Positions 20,693 to 31,398 of a stretch of 64,000 bases of DNA are shown here, piece after piece. The notes under the pieces are model-generated. The model worked only from the letters and a program-made list of their open reading frames with translations. It did no database searches and was not told where the DNA came from. Where the stretch lies: contig CAWGZR010000009.1 of assembly GCA_963827165.1 (NCBI GenBank), positions 224,001 to 288,000 of the forward strand, written 5' to 3'. The position numbers and the translations under genes were made by a program. This DNA comes from Candidatus Bathyarchaeota archaeon. GTDB taxonomy: Archaea; Thermoproteota; Bathyarchaeia; Bathyarchaeales; Bathycorpusculaceae. Numbering within the stretch: the stretch's first letter is position 1; every line of letters begins with the position of its first letter.

Positions 20693-21862
20693 ATGGCTGA
20701 AAAAAGAGATTACTACGAGGTCCTAGGCGTAAAACGGGACGCATCGCCCGACGAAATTAAAGACGCTTACCGAAAGCTAGCTTTACAATTTCACCCAGAC
20801 CGAAACAAAGATCCTGGCGCCGAAGACAGATTCAAAGAAATCAGCGAAGCCTACGCCGTTCTCAGTGACACCCAGAAAAGACAGCAGTACGATACTCTGG
20901 GTCATTCAGGTTTTGACCAGCGGTACAGCTCCGAAGACATTTTCAGGGGAGCCGACTTCGACTCTATTTTCCACGATATGGGTTTCGGCGATATTTTCCG
21001 CACTTTCTTCGGCGGCGGAGGAGGTTTTGGCGGTGAACGCGAAATCAGAGGAAGAGACTTAGCCTTCGACCTTGAAATAACTCTCGAAGAAGCCGCGCTT
21101 GGAACTGAAAAGGAAGTTGAGATTCCACGGACAGAAAGATGCGATGTCTGCGGGGGTTCGGGCGCCAAGCCAGGGACTCAAGCTAGGGTTTGCCCAAGAT
21201 GCGGCGGTGCAGGTCAAGTTCAAAACATGCAGAGAAGCGCCTTCGGCACGTTTGTGCAGGTATCCGTTTGTCCCCAATGCAAGGGGAAAGGCAGGCTTAT
21301 CGAAACACCGTGCCCTAACTGCCACGGAACAGGTTTGATTCGTAAACGCAGGAAAATCTCGGTTCGCATCCCAGCAGGGATAGATGAAGGTTACCAGCTT
21401 AGGCTAAGGGGCGAAGGCGAAATGGTGGCCAACGGAGGAGAAGCAGGCGACCTTTACGTTTTAGTCCACATAAAGCCAAATCAGCAGTTTCTGCGAGAAG
21501 GCGACGACTTATGGTACGTTGCAGTCGTGACTTTTCCACAAGCAGCGTTAGGCGCCGATGTAAGCATTCCAACTCTTGAGGGACCCACAACTGTAAAGAT
21601 TCATCCTGGAACCCAGCCGGGCGAAGTGTTGACGCTTAGAGGCAAAGGAATGCCGCGGTTCAGAGCCTACGGCAAAGGCGACCTCAACGTGCGAGTCAGC
21701 ATTTCCGTGCCGGAGAAACTAACCAACCAGCAGCGGTCACTAGTCGAGCAGCTAGCCAAAGAATTCGGCTCCGAAGTCCAAAAACACAGATTTAAGCTTG
21801 TAGCCTTACTGCGTTTGAAAATTTTGTCTCCGCAAAGTTTATTGTTACAAAAAACTTATTAG
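20693..21862 (+). CDS. dnaJ: Chaperone DnaJ
   Basis: J domain with HPD, G/F region, four CxxCxGxG repeats. True stop may be TAG 21801-21803 if one base is an insertion. Confidence 0.97.
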   Translation: MAEKRDYYEVLGVKRDASPDEIKDAYRKLALQFHPDRNKDPGAEDRFKEISEAYAVLSDTQKRQQYDTLGHSGFDQRYSSEDIFRGADFDSIFHDMGFGDIFRTFFGGGGGFGGEREIRGRDLAFDLEITLEEAALGTEKEVEIPRTERCDVCGGSGAKPGTQARVCPRCGGAGQVQNMQRSAFGTFVQVSVCPQCKGKGRLIETPCPNCHGTGLIRKRRKISVRIPAGIDEGYQLRLRGEGEMVANGGEAGDLYVLVHIKPNQQFLREGDDLWYVAVVTFPQAALGADVSIPTLEGPTTVKIHPGTQPGEVLTLRGKGMPRFRAYGKGDLNVRVSISVPEKLTNQQRSLVEQLAKEFGSEVQKHRFKLVALLRLKILSPQSLLLQKTY

Positions 21863-21892
21863 TTTATCAATTTTTTGCGGAGTTTGAGATTA

Positions 21893-22591
21893 TTGAAGTT
21901 TGAAACCAAAATACAGGAGATTATTCCCCGAACAGCTGACATAACCAGCTTCCGATTCCCTCGACCTGCCGAATTTGCCTATAAGCCAGGCCAATTCTTT
22001 TCCGTTGCATTAAAACAGGATGGGAAGGAGGTGAACAAGCATTTTAGCTTCAGCAGCAGCCCAACCGAGGCAGGCTTCATCGAATTTACAAAAAGGCTAA
22101 CTGACCACGAGTACTCGATGGCTCTTAAAGCCGCCAAAGTTGGCGACTGGGCAAGAATCGACGGCCCTTACGGTACCTTCACGTTCGAAGGCGAATACCC
22201 CAAAATCGCCTTGCTTGCTGGCGGCATTGGCGTAACCCCATTCATGAGCATCTGCAAAAACGCCACTGACAAAAAGGTGCCCGCACAAATTACACTTTTT
22301 CTAGGTTGCCGGACTCCAGACGACATCCCTTTTAGAAGGGAATTCGAAGCCATGCAACAAGCCAACCAGAACTTAAAGCTGCATTTTGTTGTTAACCAGC
22401 CAACCGCAGATTGGAAAGGCGCAGTTGGGATAATAACGGCGGATATGATTCAGAAAGAGCTGCCTGACTACAAAGACAACATTTTCTACTGCTGCGGGCC
22501 GCCAGGAATGGTTACGGCGATGGAGAAACTCATTGACAGTATAGGGCTACCTAAAGCGCAGTTAAAACTGGAGTATTTCACAGGCTACTAA
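21893..22591 (+). CDS. FNR-like FAD/NAD(P)-binding oxidoreductase
   Basis: YKPGQF, FSFSSSP, GPYG.F, LAGGIGVTPFMS, CGPPGM. Confidence 0.92.
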   Translation: MKFETKIQEIIPRTADITSFRFPRPAEFAYKPGQFFSVALKQDGKEVNKHFSFSSSPTEAGFIEFTKRLTDHEYSMALKAAKVGDWARIDGPYGTFTFEGEYPKIALLAGGIGVTPFMSICKNATDKKVPAQITLFLGCRTPDDIPFRREFEAMQQANQNLKLHFVVNQPTADWKGAVGIITADMIQKELPDYKDNIFYCCGPPGMVTAMEKLIDSIGLPKAQLKLEYFTGY

Positions 22592-22697
22592 CAGAATGAA
22601 TTCTTGTTAGACCCCAAATTTAAAAGGTAGACAAAAAACCCAGCCTTTCCAAAAGTTTTGGAGACAGCGCGAAAAACGCGTCAGTGAAAAAAGAAAG

Positions 22698-23987
22698 TTA
22701 TGGGTAGAATCTGCGAGTTGTCCTTGGGAATGGGATGGCATCAATGATGTTGTCTAAGTCAAGCATCCACGTTAAGAGGCGTTCAAGTCCCATTCCAAAG
22801 CCCACGTGCGGCACGGTCCCATAGCGTCTGAGGTCGAGATACCACTCGTAATCTTCAGGTTTGAGTCCCTGCGCATTCATGCGTTGGATTAGGACATCTT
22901 TGTCTTCTTCCCTTGCGCCGCCGGTGCTGATTTCCCCGATCCGTGGTACCATCATGTCCACTGACATCGCCACTTCTGGGTGATCAGGGTACGTTTTGCA
23001 GTAAAACGCCTTGATCGCCGTCGGGTAATCGTAAACGAAGAAGGGCTTCCCGAAGTCTTCGGCCAGTACCTTCTCGTCTTCATAACCCAAATCAGCGCCC
23101 CAAGTCAAAGCGGGATTCTTCACTTTCAGCCTGTCGATTGCTTCAGCATAGGTAATGCGTGGGAAAGGCGTTTTCACGGTTTTGAGTTTTTCGATGTCGG
23201 CGCCTATTTCCGCGAATTCTTTTTGACAGTTATCGACGATGGTATGGCATACCTGGGTCATTAAGCCTTCTTCGAACTTCATGAGATCATTCATGTCGGC
23301 GAAAGGCCACTCAGCTTCCATATGCCAGTATTCGGTTAGGTGCCTGATTGTTCGGCTTTTCTCCGCACGGAACGACGGAGCAATACAATACACATTTTCA
23401 AGTGAGTAAATGAGGATTTCAAGGTAGAGCTGACTGCTCTGGGTCAAATATAGGTCTTGGTCGAAATATTTCAAACCGAAAAGTGTTGAGCCACCTTCAA
23501 CCGCCGCGGAAATAAACATCGGCGGAGAAACCTCCGTGTACCCTTGGCTTTTGAAGTAAGCTCGCGCTGCTTCTAACGTCTCGGCGCGAACCTTCATCAT
23601 CAAATTCATTTTTCTGCTGCGAAGCCAAAGATGCCGCATGTCACGAATGAACTCTTCACTTTTGTCTTTGGCTATAGGGAACGTTTCGGCTAAGCCGATG
23701 ATAGCGAGGTTTTCCGCGCTGATTTCGAAGCCTCCTGGCGCACGCTTGTCTTCCCGCGCGATGCCTTCAAGCGTTAAGCTGGATTCAATGGTTACCCGCT
23801 GTGCTTCCGCCCAAGCAGAGCTAATTTTTTTCACTGTGCACTGGATGAAACCTGTTGAGTCCCGGACAACGAGGAAAATGAGTTCTTTGCCTTCCCGCTT
23901 ACGATAAACCCATCCGCGAACGGCTACTTTTTGCTCTTTATATGATCCCTCTAATATATCGCCGACCTTTATGAAATCCATTAGCAT
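22698..23987 (-). CDS. asnS: Asparagine--tRNA ligase
   Basis: OB fold (RGWV..R, RD.TG.IQC); YLTQSSQLYLE, FRAEKSRT.RHLTEYW, KAFY, YG.VPH.GFGMGLER. Confidence 0.93.
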   Translation of the reverse strand: MLMDFIKVGDILEGSYKEQKVAVRGWVYRKREGKELIFLVVRDSTGFIQCTVKKISSAWAEAQRVTIESSLTLEGIAREDKRAPGGFEISAENLAIIGLAETFPIAKDKSEEFIRDMRHLWLRSRKMNLMMKVRAETLEAARAYFKSQGYTEVSPPMFISAAVEGGSTLFGLKYFDQDLYLTQSSQLYLEILIYSLENVYCIAPSFRAEKSRTIRHLTEYWHMEAEWPFADMNDLMKFEEGLMTQVCHTIVDNCQKEFAEIGADIEKLKTVKTPFPRITYAEAIDRLKVKNPALTWGADLGYEDEKVLAEDFGKPFFVYDYPTAIKAFYCKTYPDHPEVAMSVDMMVPRIGEISTGGAREEDKDVLIQRMNAQGLKPEDYEWYLDLRRYGTVPHVGFGMGLERLLTWMLDLDNIIDAIPFPRTTRRFYP

Positions 23988-24169
23988 CAACGTTTCTCTT
24001 AATACCCAAATTCAAACCTAAATGCTTATCGATTCAAATTTCTCAAGTTTGCTCCTAAATCGAGACTTAATTTGAGTTGGCTTCTAGGTCGTTTATGGAA
24101 TGGTTTAGTTGATTTGTGCCCCGTAAAGCTTAATTCGCCCTCGTTGTGACCTTTCTGTAGATTAGGTAA

Positions 24170-25572
24170 ATGCAAGAATCTGTGGATGGCAACTATAAGC
24201 TTAGGGCACTTCGGATTGCAGCAGTCGCGATTTTCAGCGTCGTTATTGTTGAAGTTTCAATAGGTTTTTTGGTTAACAGTTTAGCCATCTTGAGCGACGG
24301 CTTACACGCATTGCTTGATGCAGTTTCAACCATAATGTTGTTTTATGCGGTTCGCGCATCAATCAAGCCCCCCGATGAAGAACACACTTACGGCCATGAA
24401 AAGTTCGAAACCATAGGTGGACTCATTGGTGGAGTCACTTTGATCGCTGTGGCGCTTCTGATCTTCTACGAAGCAGCAATACGCCTTATGATGGGCACTC
24501 AGATCCATCAGGGTGTTGAGTTAGCGGGTTTCATCGCAATAGGCTACGCAATCTTCATTGCTTCTTTACGAGTCACTGTGTTCAGGAAAAGCTCAACATA
24601 TCGAAAGCCCCTCAATGCGCGTCGGCTTTTACGATGCAATCTCAGACTTAAGTTCAACACTTCTGGCTTTGGTAGGTTTCGGCTTAGCTACCTTAGGCTT
24701 CTTCTACGGCGACGCAATAGCATCGATTTTCCTTGGTGCGTTGCTTAGTTATTTGAGCGTTAAGCTTGTGCGGGTCAGCGTGATGGAGCTCAGCGACACC
24801 GCGTCAAAAGAGTTGGTCCAAAAAACAAGAAAACATCATTATTCACATGACGGCGTAATCAAAGCCGTGAATCTCAAAGTGCGCAAAGTCAGCTCCAAAA
24901 TCTTCATCGATGCATCAATCCAGGTTCCGAGCCACATGCCCCTTGAAGAAGCGCATTCTCTGGCGTCAAAAATCGAAACTGATTTAAAGCAATCTCTCGG
25001 CAACGTAGACGCCACAATTCATGTTGAACCCTCTGAAAAAGAAAGCAAACTCGACCAACAAGTCGAGAAACTTGCGACGGTGGACGGGGTCAAAGAAGTA
25101 CATGAAATAACTACAGTTTATATAGGCGGCAAATTCTACATTACCCTTCATGCCTACGTGGACCCTGAGCTCTCGGTTGAAGAAGCGCACAAAATAGCGG
25201 AAGTCATCGAGAAACGATTGCAGAGCTGAAATTAAGCCGATTGGAAATGTAACCGTACATGTTGAGCCCTCTGGAATCGCGGTTCCAGCCGCCCAAGTTA
25301 ATGAATCCAAGCTAAGAGACGTAATCAACGAGATAGCTAAGGGCATCGGGGAGAACCTGCGCATAAAACGTGTAGTAACCTATGCTGCAGAGGGCAAACG
25401 CTACATTAACATCGACTGCTGCTTCACCAAACAAATCCAAATAAAAGAAGCCCATCGCGTTGCTTCGCAGGTTGAAAAAGAGACGAAAGACCACTTCGCA
25501 GGCGCAGTTGTCACAGTTCACATGGAGCCAGAATGCGTCACTGAAGAACTGGGGAAATATCTCAAGAACTAA
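24170..25572 (+). pseudogene. Cation diffusion facilitator (CDF) transporter with three C-terminal metal-binding domains, split by two +1 frameshifts
   Basis: SLAILSDGLHALLD, KPPDEEHTYGHEKFE; three EAH...(I/V)H(V/M)EP repeats. Frames join on removing one A at 24587-24590 and one base near 25224; final stop TAA 25570-25572. May be intact in vivo. Confidence 0.85.
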
Positions 25573-25771
25573 AGGCACCTGTGAAGAAAGAAGCGAAAAG
25601 ATACCTTTTTGTTTTTTCTTGAAATGTGAAAATGGACCGAAAATACGGCATATTTGTTAATTGATTGCAAACTTACTGCAACGATGAAGAATCCAGAGGA
25701 TTTCCTTCATCAGCCAAAAAGGCTTTAATGTTGTTTTATTCATATTAGGGTCGGTAGACGCGAGGGGTGCT

Positions 25772-28021
25772 TTGATGTTTTCCCGTTCGGCTTCAGTTAA
25801 GTTGAAAGCAATTCTTATTATTGATTTATTGATTATCAGCGGGGCTGCAGGAGCCTATTTTTATCTTCAAAATCAAGGCGCCATCGGGGGCGTCACAAAA
25901 CCTGCAAAGTTTATTCTAACAAACCTTTCCATCGATCCCCCTAACGCCACGGAAGGCGACGCCGTGCAAATTGCGGTTAACGTAACAAACGTCGGCGATT
26001 TAGAAGGCAACGATACCATAAACTTCCAAGTTAACAACGAAGTAAAAGATTCGCAAAATATAACGGTGGAAGGCGCGGCAACGCAAGTCGTCACCTACAC
26101 TGATATTGAAACCACTTATGGGAACTACAGTGTCCAGGTTGGGGACTTGACAGGAAAATTCGTGATTAACCCTGCTCCTCCAGGATCAAGCAAGATAATC
26201 CTATCTAACTTGAACGCTTTCCCATATGAAGCCTGGCCGGGCCAGCCGGTTAACATGACAGCTACTGCCCAGAACCCCACTAACCAACCTGACAAACTAA
26301 CAGTTAGAGTCACGGTTGACGGTGCCTGGGTTGAAAACAAAGTCGTCGCTTTAAACGCGAGTCAAACCGAAACCGTGGTATTCGCGCTTAACGCGTCTTC
26401 CGTTTTGGGAGACCACGCTGTTAAATTGAATACTTTGAGCGGCCAATACACAGTTGTGCAGTCTGGGTACCACACGCTCGAGGTTAGCAGAAGCGGCGGC
26501 GGCTCCATACCTATGACCTTCACGCTAAACGGAGTCAGCCACAACTCGCCCTACATCGCACTTTTACCAGACGGGCAATACACCGTCCAGGTGCCTAATC
26601 CAGTTACCCTTGCAACCGGAGTGGTCGGCTTCACAAATTGGCAAGACGGCGATACCAGCACAACCAGAACGTTCACTCTGAACCAGCAGACCTTCATGAT
26701 TGCAACCTATACCATCATCAGTGGCTACGCGTCCTGTCCCTCTCTCTTCATGTGGAACGGAACAGGCTACTCATATGTGACTGACGTTTCAAACTCTGGG
26801 TGGCTCGGGTACATGAGCACCATGTCAAGCACTGGCGCCATCACATATAGCGGAGGAACCCCATGGGACTATGTGAAACTGAACCCGAACCTGCTAGCCG
26901 TCAACAACGGGTACTACGACATGACTCTTGCTCAGCAATGGAATGAACTATTCTATTTGGACACAGCATACATGGTGGTTGTCGATCACCCTATCGGAAC
27001 CGACGTTTACTCAACCATGAGCAACTACGTGAATCAAGCCTTCAACGGGCAAATCTACACCGTCAACCCAGCCGACCTCCAGACGCCACTTAGCGCAACC
27101 TACGTTTGGGGGCCAGCGGGAACTACCGCCAAAGGCCAAAACGTCCTAACTCAAATTTCGAAGCTTGACGGAGTCTTTACGCCTGGCAAAAGTGGGGATC
27201 TTAGTCCGTCATGGAATAACACTTACCTAAACCAGTTAACTTTGGACTTAGGGAACCTTTCAGGCGCAAAAACCATCAAGCTTGTTGTTAACGGTATAGT
27301 GAACTGGGGGGCATACCAAGACTACTACAACTGGATAGGCAACTTCTCAGGTGCAGCTTCAGCGGGGCTGCTGACTAATGGCACAACGATTTATCCGGGT
27401 CCCTACATGGAAGTTAAAGACGCAAGCGGCAACTGGGTAAAAGTAGCGGCGGACAAGCAAATCCCAATGCCATCCGACGGAAACGCCAGAACCTTCGTGG
27501 TTGATTTGACTGGAGATTTTCCCAAAGGAGTAACTGACTACCAACTCAAGATCTGCAACTTCTTCAACGTGACATACGACTACATCGCAATAGACACCAG
27601 CAGTCAACAGAACATAACGGTCCAGAAAATCTTGCCAATCGCAACTCTAAGTCAGTGGGGGCCAACTCAATCAACGTCTTCAGGAAACTTTACTCGGTAC
27701 GGCGACGTAACCGCGCTGGTTGCAGCCGCAGATAACATGTACGTGATCGGGAGACAAGGCGACGAGGTTTCGCTTCAATTCCCAGTTGGCAACCTGACGA
27801 AACTCGCTCCAGGTATGGAAAGAGACTATTTCCTCTTCGTAGCGTGCTGGTTCAAGGACCCGCCAGGTCAATGGGGATACGGATTCAACTTCACTGTCGC
27901 ACCTCTACCGTACATCGGCATGACCGGGTATCCATACACGGCAACCCAAAGCTACCCCTACGACGCAGCCCACCAAGCCTACCTCAAAGCCTACAACACC
28001 CGAACAATACCGCCAACCTAA
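25772..28021 (+). CDS. Membrane-anchored extracellular protein with CARDB/Ig-like domains and a large SCPSLFMWNG-containing domain
   Basis: N-terminal TM; 'VNVTNVGDLEG' CARDB-like repeats; SCP.L..WNG, E..YLD, FTRYGDV and GDEV.L.F motifs. Confidence 0.8.
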   Translation: MMFSRSASVKLKAILIIDLLIISGAAGAYFYLQNQGAIGGVTKPAKFILTNLSIDPPNATEGDAVQIAVNVTNVGDLEGNDTINFQVNNEVKDSQNITVEGAATQVVTYTDIETTYGNYSVQVGDLTGKFVINPAPPGSSKIILSNLNAFPYEAWPGQPVNMTATAQNPTNQPDKLTVRVTVDGAWVENKVVALNASQTETVVFALNASSVLGDHAVKLNTLSGQYTVVQSGYHTLEVSRSGGGSIPMTFTLNGVSHNSPYIALLPDGQYTVQVPNPVTLATGVVGFTNWQDGDTSTTRTFTLNQQTFMIATYTIISGYASCPSLFMWNGTGYSYVTDVSNSGWLGYMSTMSSTGAITYSGGTPWDYVKLNPNLLAVNNGYYDMTLAQQWNELFYLDTAYMVVVDHPIGTDVYSTMSNYVNQAFNGQIYTVNPADLQTPLSATYVWGPAGTTAKGQNVLTQISKLDGVFTPGKSGDLSPSWNNTYLNQLTLDLGNLSGAKTIKLVVNGIVNWGAYQDYYNWIGNFSGAASAGLLTNGTTIYPGPYMEVKDASGNWVKVAADKQIPMPSDGNARTFVVDLTGDFPKGVTDYQLKICNFFNVTYDYIAIDTSSQQNITVQKILPIATLSQWGPTQSTSSGNFTRYGDVTALVAAADNMYVIGRQGDEVSLQFPVGNLTKLAPGMERDYFLFVACWFKDPPGQWGYGFNFTVAPLPYIGMTGYPYTATQSYPYDAAHQAYLKAYNTRTIPPT

Positions 28022-28282
28022 CCGCCCACTTTTTTGCTCAACACAAAATCCGCAAGCCAAGCCACCAAACAATGCAAGATTTAAAAGGTAAACCTCATAT
28101 TTTCATTACTTAAAACTTCAAAGAGACCGTGAAAAATGCCGTTTGACCCAAAAAAATCTTATCCCCTATGGAAATTTACCCGTCTTTTGAAAAGGATTAG
28201 TTTTGGGCATCTTTTCTCTTTTGAGAATTCAGCAAACAGCTGATTCTATCCTAATTTACAGTAACTGAGATGGCGAGAAACA

Positions 28283-29267
28283 ATGGTTTCGGGAGTACGT
28301 AGGGGACGTCTTAAGGTTAACAGTGCTCGGCGGACTTGGGGCAGCAGGGATACTGACTGTTCTGCTTTGGAAAAAAAACCTCGCCACAAAAGTAACCTTC
28401 CTGCGGCTTGTTGTCCAAGCAGTTGCCTTCACCGCCCTGTTCTACGTTTTCTCACTTCAACTCCCCCTTCTATACTACGTCATATTCATTTTTACCATAA
28501 CACTTTTTCTGGGACGCCTGTATTGCGGGTGGCTATGCCCCTTCGGCTTTATCATGGACCTCGAAGTTATGTTGCGAAAAGCTTTGAGAATCCGTTACCG
28601 ACTTCTGCCTGAAAGACTCAACAATACCCTGCACAAGTCAAGGTACGCCATAGCCGCTGTTTTCCTCGCTTTGCCAATCTACCTCTGGATTGAGAACCCA
28701 CCCCAAAACATGAGTTTCGCTTCGGCAATGGTACGAATTTTGGCAGGACCCTTCCGACCATACACTGTGCTCATCGACCCAATGATACCCCAGATTGTCC
28801 CATGGACAACCAACGCAGTAAGCGTTGCCCATGTCAACTTCACCTACCCCTACGTCCAAGACATCATCTTTTGGGCACCCAAAAACGTGGGCTTAGATTT
28901 AGCTCTCGCATTTGTAGCGTTAACATTGGTCGCCTCATTTTTTTTCAGGCGATTCTGGTGCCGCTTCTGCCCAACCGGCATCTCTTTGGCGGTCGTCAAT
29001 AGGTTTAAGGGTTTCAAATGGGCACCACTACTGCATATTGAAAAAGACGAAGAAAAATGCACCAAATGCGGCGTCTGCAAACGGGTTTGTCAAGCGCAGG
29101 TAGCCGAAGTGTACGAACAGAAAGGCGGGAAAATCGACACTTCCATGTGTGTGCTATGCCTGCGTTGTGCTGAAATGTGTCCGTACGCAGAAGCCCTCAA
29201 ATTAAAGTTTGGAAACAAAACCGTATTCAAATCTAGAAACTGGCTTGAACCACCAAACATTGAGTGA
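28283..29267 (+). CDS. NapH/MauN-type membrane polyferredoxin (4Fe-4S binding); 5' end apparently frameshifted
   Basis: GRLYCGWLCPFG, RRFWCRFCPTG and two CxxCxxCxxxC motifs. ATG 28283 joins the frame on removing one G at 28291-28293. Confidence 0.88.
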
Positions 29268-29273
29268 GTACTT

Positions 29274-30605
29274 ATGAAAAACGAAAAGATAGAAAAGAAA
29301 TACACGCCTCAAATCCCAGCGAAAGAAATCGAAGAACTCAAAAACACCATCAAGCTGTCTTCCGAGAAGATAATGGCTGAAAACATCGAGCGGATGAAAA
29401 AAGCCGACCCCAAAAGACCAACCGCCATGAAATACTTCGACAACATCTCGAACTTGTTCGGTCAACGCCAAGAGGAACTTGCCGCTGAAAAGGAAAAAGG
29501 CAAAAAAATCGTTGGTTACATGTGCCTGTTTGCGCCCACCGAACTAATTTTGGCAGCCAACGCTATACCTGTCAGAGTCAACAGCGGCTGGTATGACACC
29601 TCTAAAATTGGCGACCGAGTTGTCCCCGTAGAGGTCTGCCCGGTTATCCGTTCAACAATAGGAGCGCAAATGATTGGGCTCTCCCCGTTCCTGGAGCAAA
29701 GCGACGCCTTAATCAGCGTCTTAACATGCGATGGTATGACCAAACTTGGAGAAATCCTTAGCGACTACAAACCTATATGGGAAATGAACATCCCAAGAGT
29801 CAAAGATGCTCCTCACTCGCTTCGGTTCTGGGACGACGAAATAATCAATATGAAAAAACAGCTTGAAACATTTACAGGTAACAAAATTACCAGAAGGAAC
29901 CTAAAAGAAGCGATTGAACAATCGCAGAAAGCCACAAGGGTTTTCCGTCGCCTACAAGATTTGCGCAAAGGTAACCCCGTTATTATGGGCAGAGATGCCA
30001 TGCTTGTTAACCAAGCGTATTTATGGGATGATAAGCAACGGTGGACTGAAAAAACCGCCGAATTGTGTGACGAGCTTGAAAAGCGAGCTGAGCGCAAAGA
30101 ATGGGTTTGCCCGCCCGATACTCCGCGGGTTCTGGTAACAGGAACTCCAATGTTTTGGCCTGATAGCTGGAAAGTGCCGAATCTAGTTGAGGAAGCAGAC
30201 CCGAAAGGCATCATAGTTGCAGACGAGCTCTGTAGCGGTGAACGGATCCTAAATGACCCTGTCGGCGTTGATGAATGGACAATGGATGACATGTTAAACG
30301 CGATCGGTGAACGCTATCTCATGGCTTCGACCTGCCCCTGCTTCACGTCCAGTGACGGGAACGAAGATCGCATCAATTGGCTCCTAAACAAAGTTAAAGA
30401 AGCCAACGTTCAAGGCGTCATCTATTACGTGACCCGTGGCTGCATGCTTTACGCTATGGAGTACACACGTATCAAGAAGGCACTAGACAAAATCAACATA
30501 CCAATGTACTACCTGGACACCGAATACACACGCGAAGACGTGGGACAAATGAAAACCCGCGTTGAAGCCTTTCTTGAAATGCTAACCGCCAGAGTCGACA
30601 CATAG
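29274..30605 (+). CDS. 2-hydroxyacyl-CoA dehydratase-family protein, double-cubane cluster protein (DCCP)-like
   Basis: RPTAMKYFD, MCLFAP.E, VCPVIRS, TCDG, ELCSGER, TCPCF, GCMLY, GQMKTRVEAFLEM. Confidence 0.88.
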   Translation: MKNEKIEKKYTPQIPAKEIEELKNTIKLSSEKIMAENIERMKKADPKRPTAMKYFDNISNLFGQRQEELAAEKEKGKKIVGYMCLFAPTELILAANAIPVRVNSGWYDTSKIGDRVVPVEVCPVIRSTIGAQMIGLSPFLEQSDALISVLTCDGMTKLGEILSDYKPIWEMNIPRVKDAPHSLRFWDDEIINMKKQLETFTGNKITRRNLKEAIEQSQKATRVFRRLQDLRKGNPVIMGRDAMLVNQAYLWDDKQRWTEKTAELCDELEKRAERKEWVCPPDTPRVLVTGTPMFWPDSWKVPNLVEEADPKGIIVADELCSGERILNDPVGVDEWTMDDMLNAIGERYLMASTCPCFTSSDGNEDRINWLLNKVKEANVQGVIYYVTRGCMLYAMEYTRIKKALDKINIPMYYLDTEYTREDVGQMKTRVEAFLEMLTARVDT

Positions 30606-30616
30606 GAGCCAACTTA

Positions 30617-31396
30617 ATGATAACTCTGGGATTAGACCTCGGCACGCAAAGGGTAAAAGCAGTTATCCTAAAAGACTGCGTCGTCGTCGCACGAGGACAA
30701 GCTTTCTCAGGCTTTGACGCTGCAAAAGCAGCGGAAGAAGCAATATCCAAAGCGTTAGCAGATGCAAACCTCGAGCAACAAGACATAGTGTACTCCGTGG
30801 CAACGGGTTCATCAATGGAAAACGCGCCGAAAACAGACAGTGTCATAAGTATGATGGGCGCTGACGCAAAAGCAGGTGTCTGCCTTTGCCCCAAGGCCCG
30901 AACAATAATTGACATCGGCGCGGAAGAAGCCAGAGCGATCAAGTGCGATGAAAAAGGTGTGATGATGGATTTTGTCATAAATGAAAGATGCGCAGCAGGG
31001 GCAGGAGCATTTATCGAATCAATGGCAAGGGCGCTGGAAGTTAAACTCGAAGACATGGGTCCCCTTTCCCTCAAAGCGGAACGTGCAAGCCCGATAAACG
31101 CGTCCTGCGTTATCTTTGGCGAATCCGACGTTGTCTCGCTCATCCACCGGCAAGAGTCCAAACCCGAAATCGCTCGCGCTGTCTTCGACGCAATGGCCGA
31201 CCGAATAAGTTCAATGGTTCATAGACTAGGCGTAAATCTCGAGGTAGTGCTAATCGGCGGGGTAGCAAAAGACGTAGGTTTTATCGCAGCTCTGAAGAGG
31301 AAACTGGGGGTTGAGATTCTTATTCCGGAATTTCCCGATTACGCAGGCGCATTAGGCGCAGCATTAACAGCGGCAAACCGTGCAAAGGAGCCTTAA
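30617..31396 (+). CDS. ATP-dependent activase subunit (BadF/BadG/BcrA/BcrD family, BzdP-like)
   Basis: ASKHA motifs GLDLGT and IIDIGAEE, NERCAAGAG, ASCVIFGESD, GGVAK. Confidence 0.92.
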   Translation: MITLGLDLGTQRVKAVILKDCVVVARGQAFSGFDAAKAAEEAISKALADANLEQQDIVYSVATGSSMENAPKTDSVISMMGADAKAGVCLCPKARTIIDIGAEEARAIKCDEKGVMMDFVINERCAAGAGAFIESMARALEVKLEDMGPLSLKAERASPINASCVIFGESDVVSLIHRQESKPEIARAVFDAMADRISSMVHRLGVNLEVVLIGGVAKDVGFIAALKRKLGVEILIPEFPDYAGALGAALTAANRAKEP

Positions 31397-31398
31397 AA

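Noticed and set aside
25227-25229. TGA readthrough (selenocysteine) in the CDF gene
   Set aside because: The protein continues in a different frame, so this is a frameshift, not readthrough.
30493-31161. Long antisense or overlapping ORFs (e.g. 30493-31161, 19465-19944, 45325-45855, 47730-48269)
   Set aside because: They are shadows of well-supported genes on the opposite strand and have no recognisable motifs.
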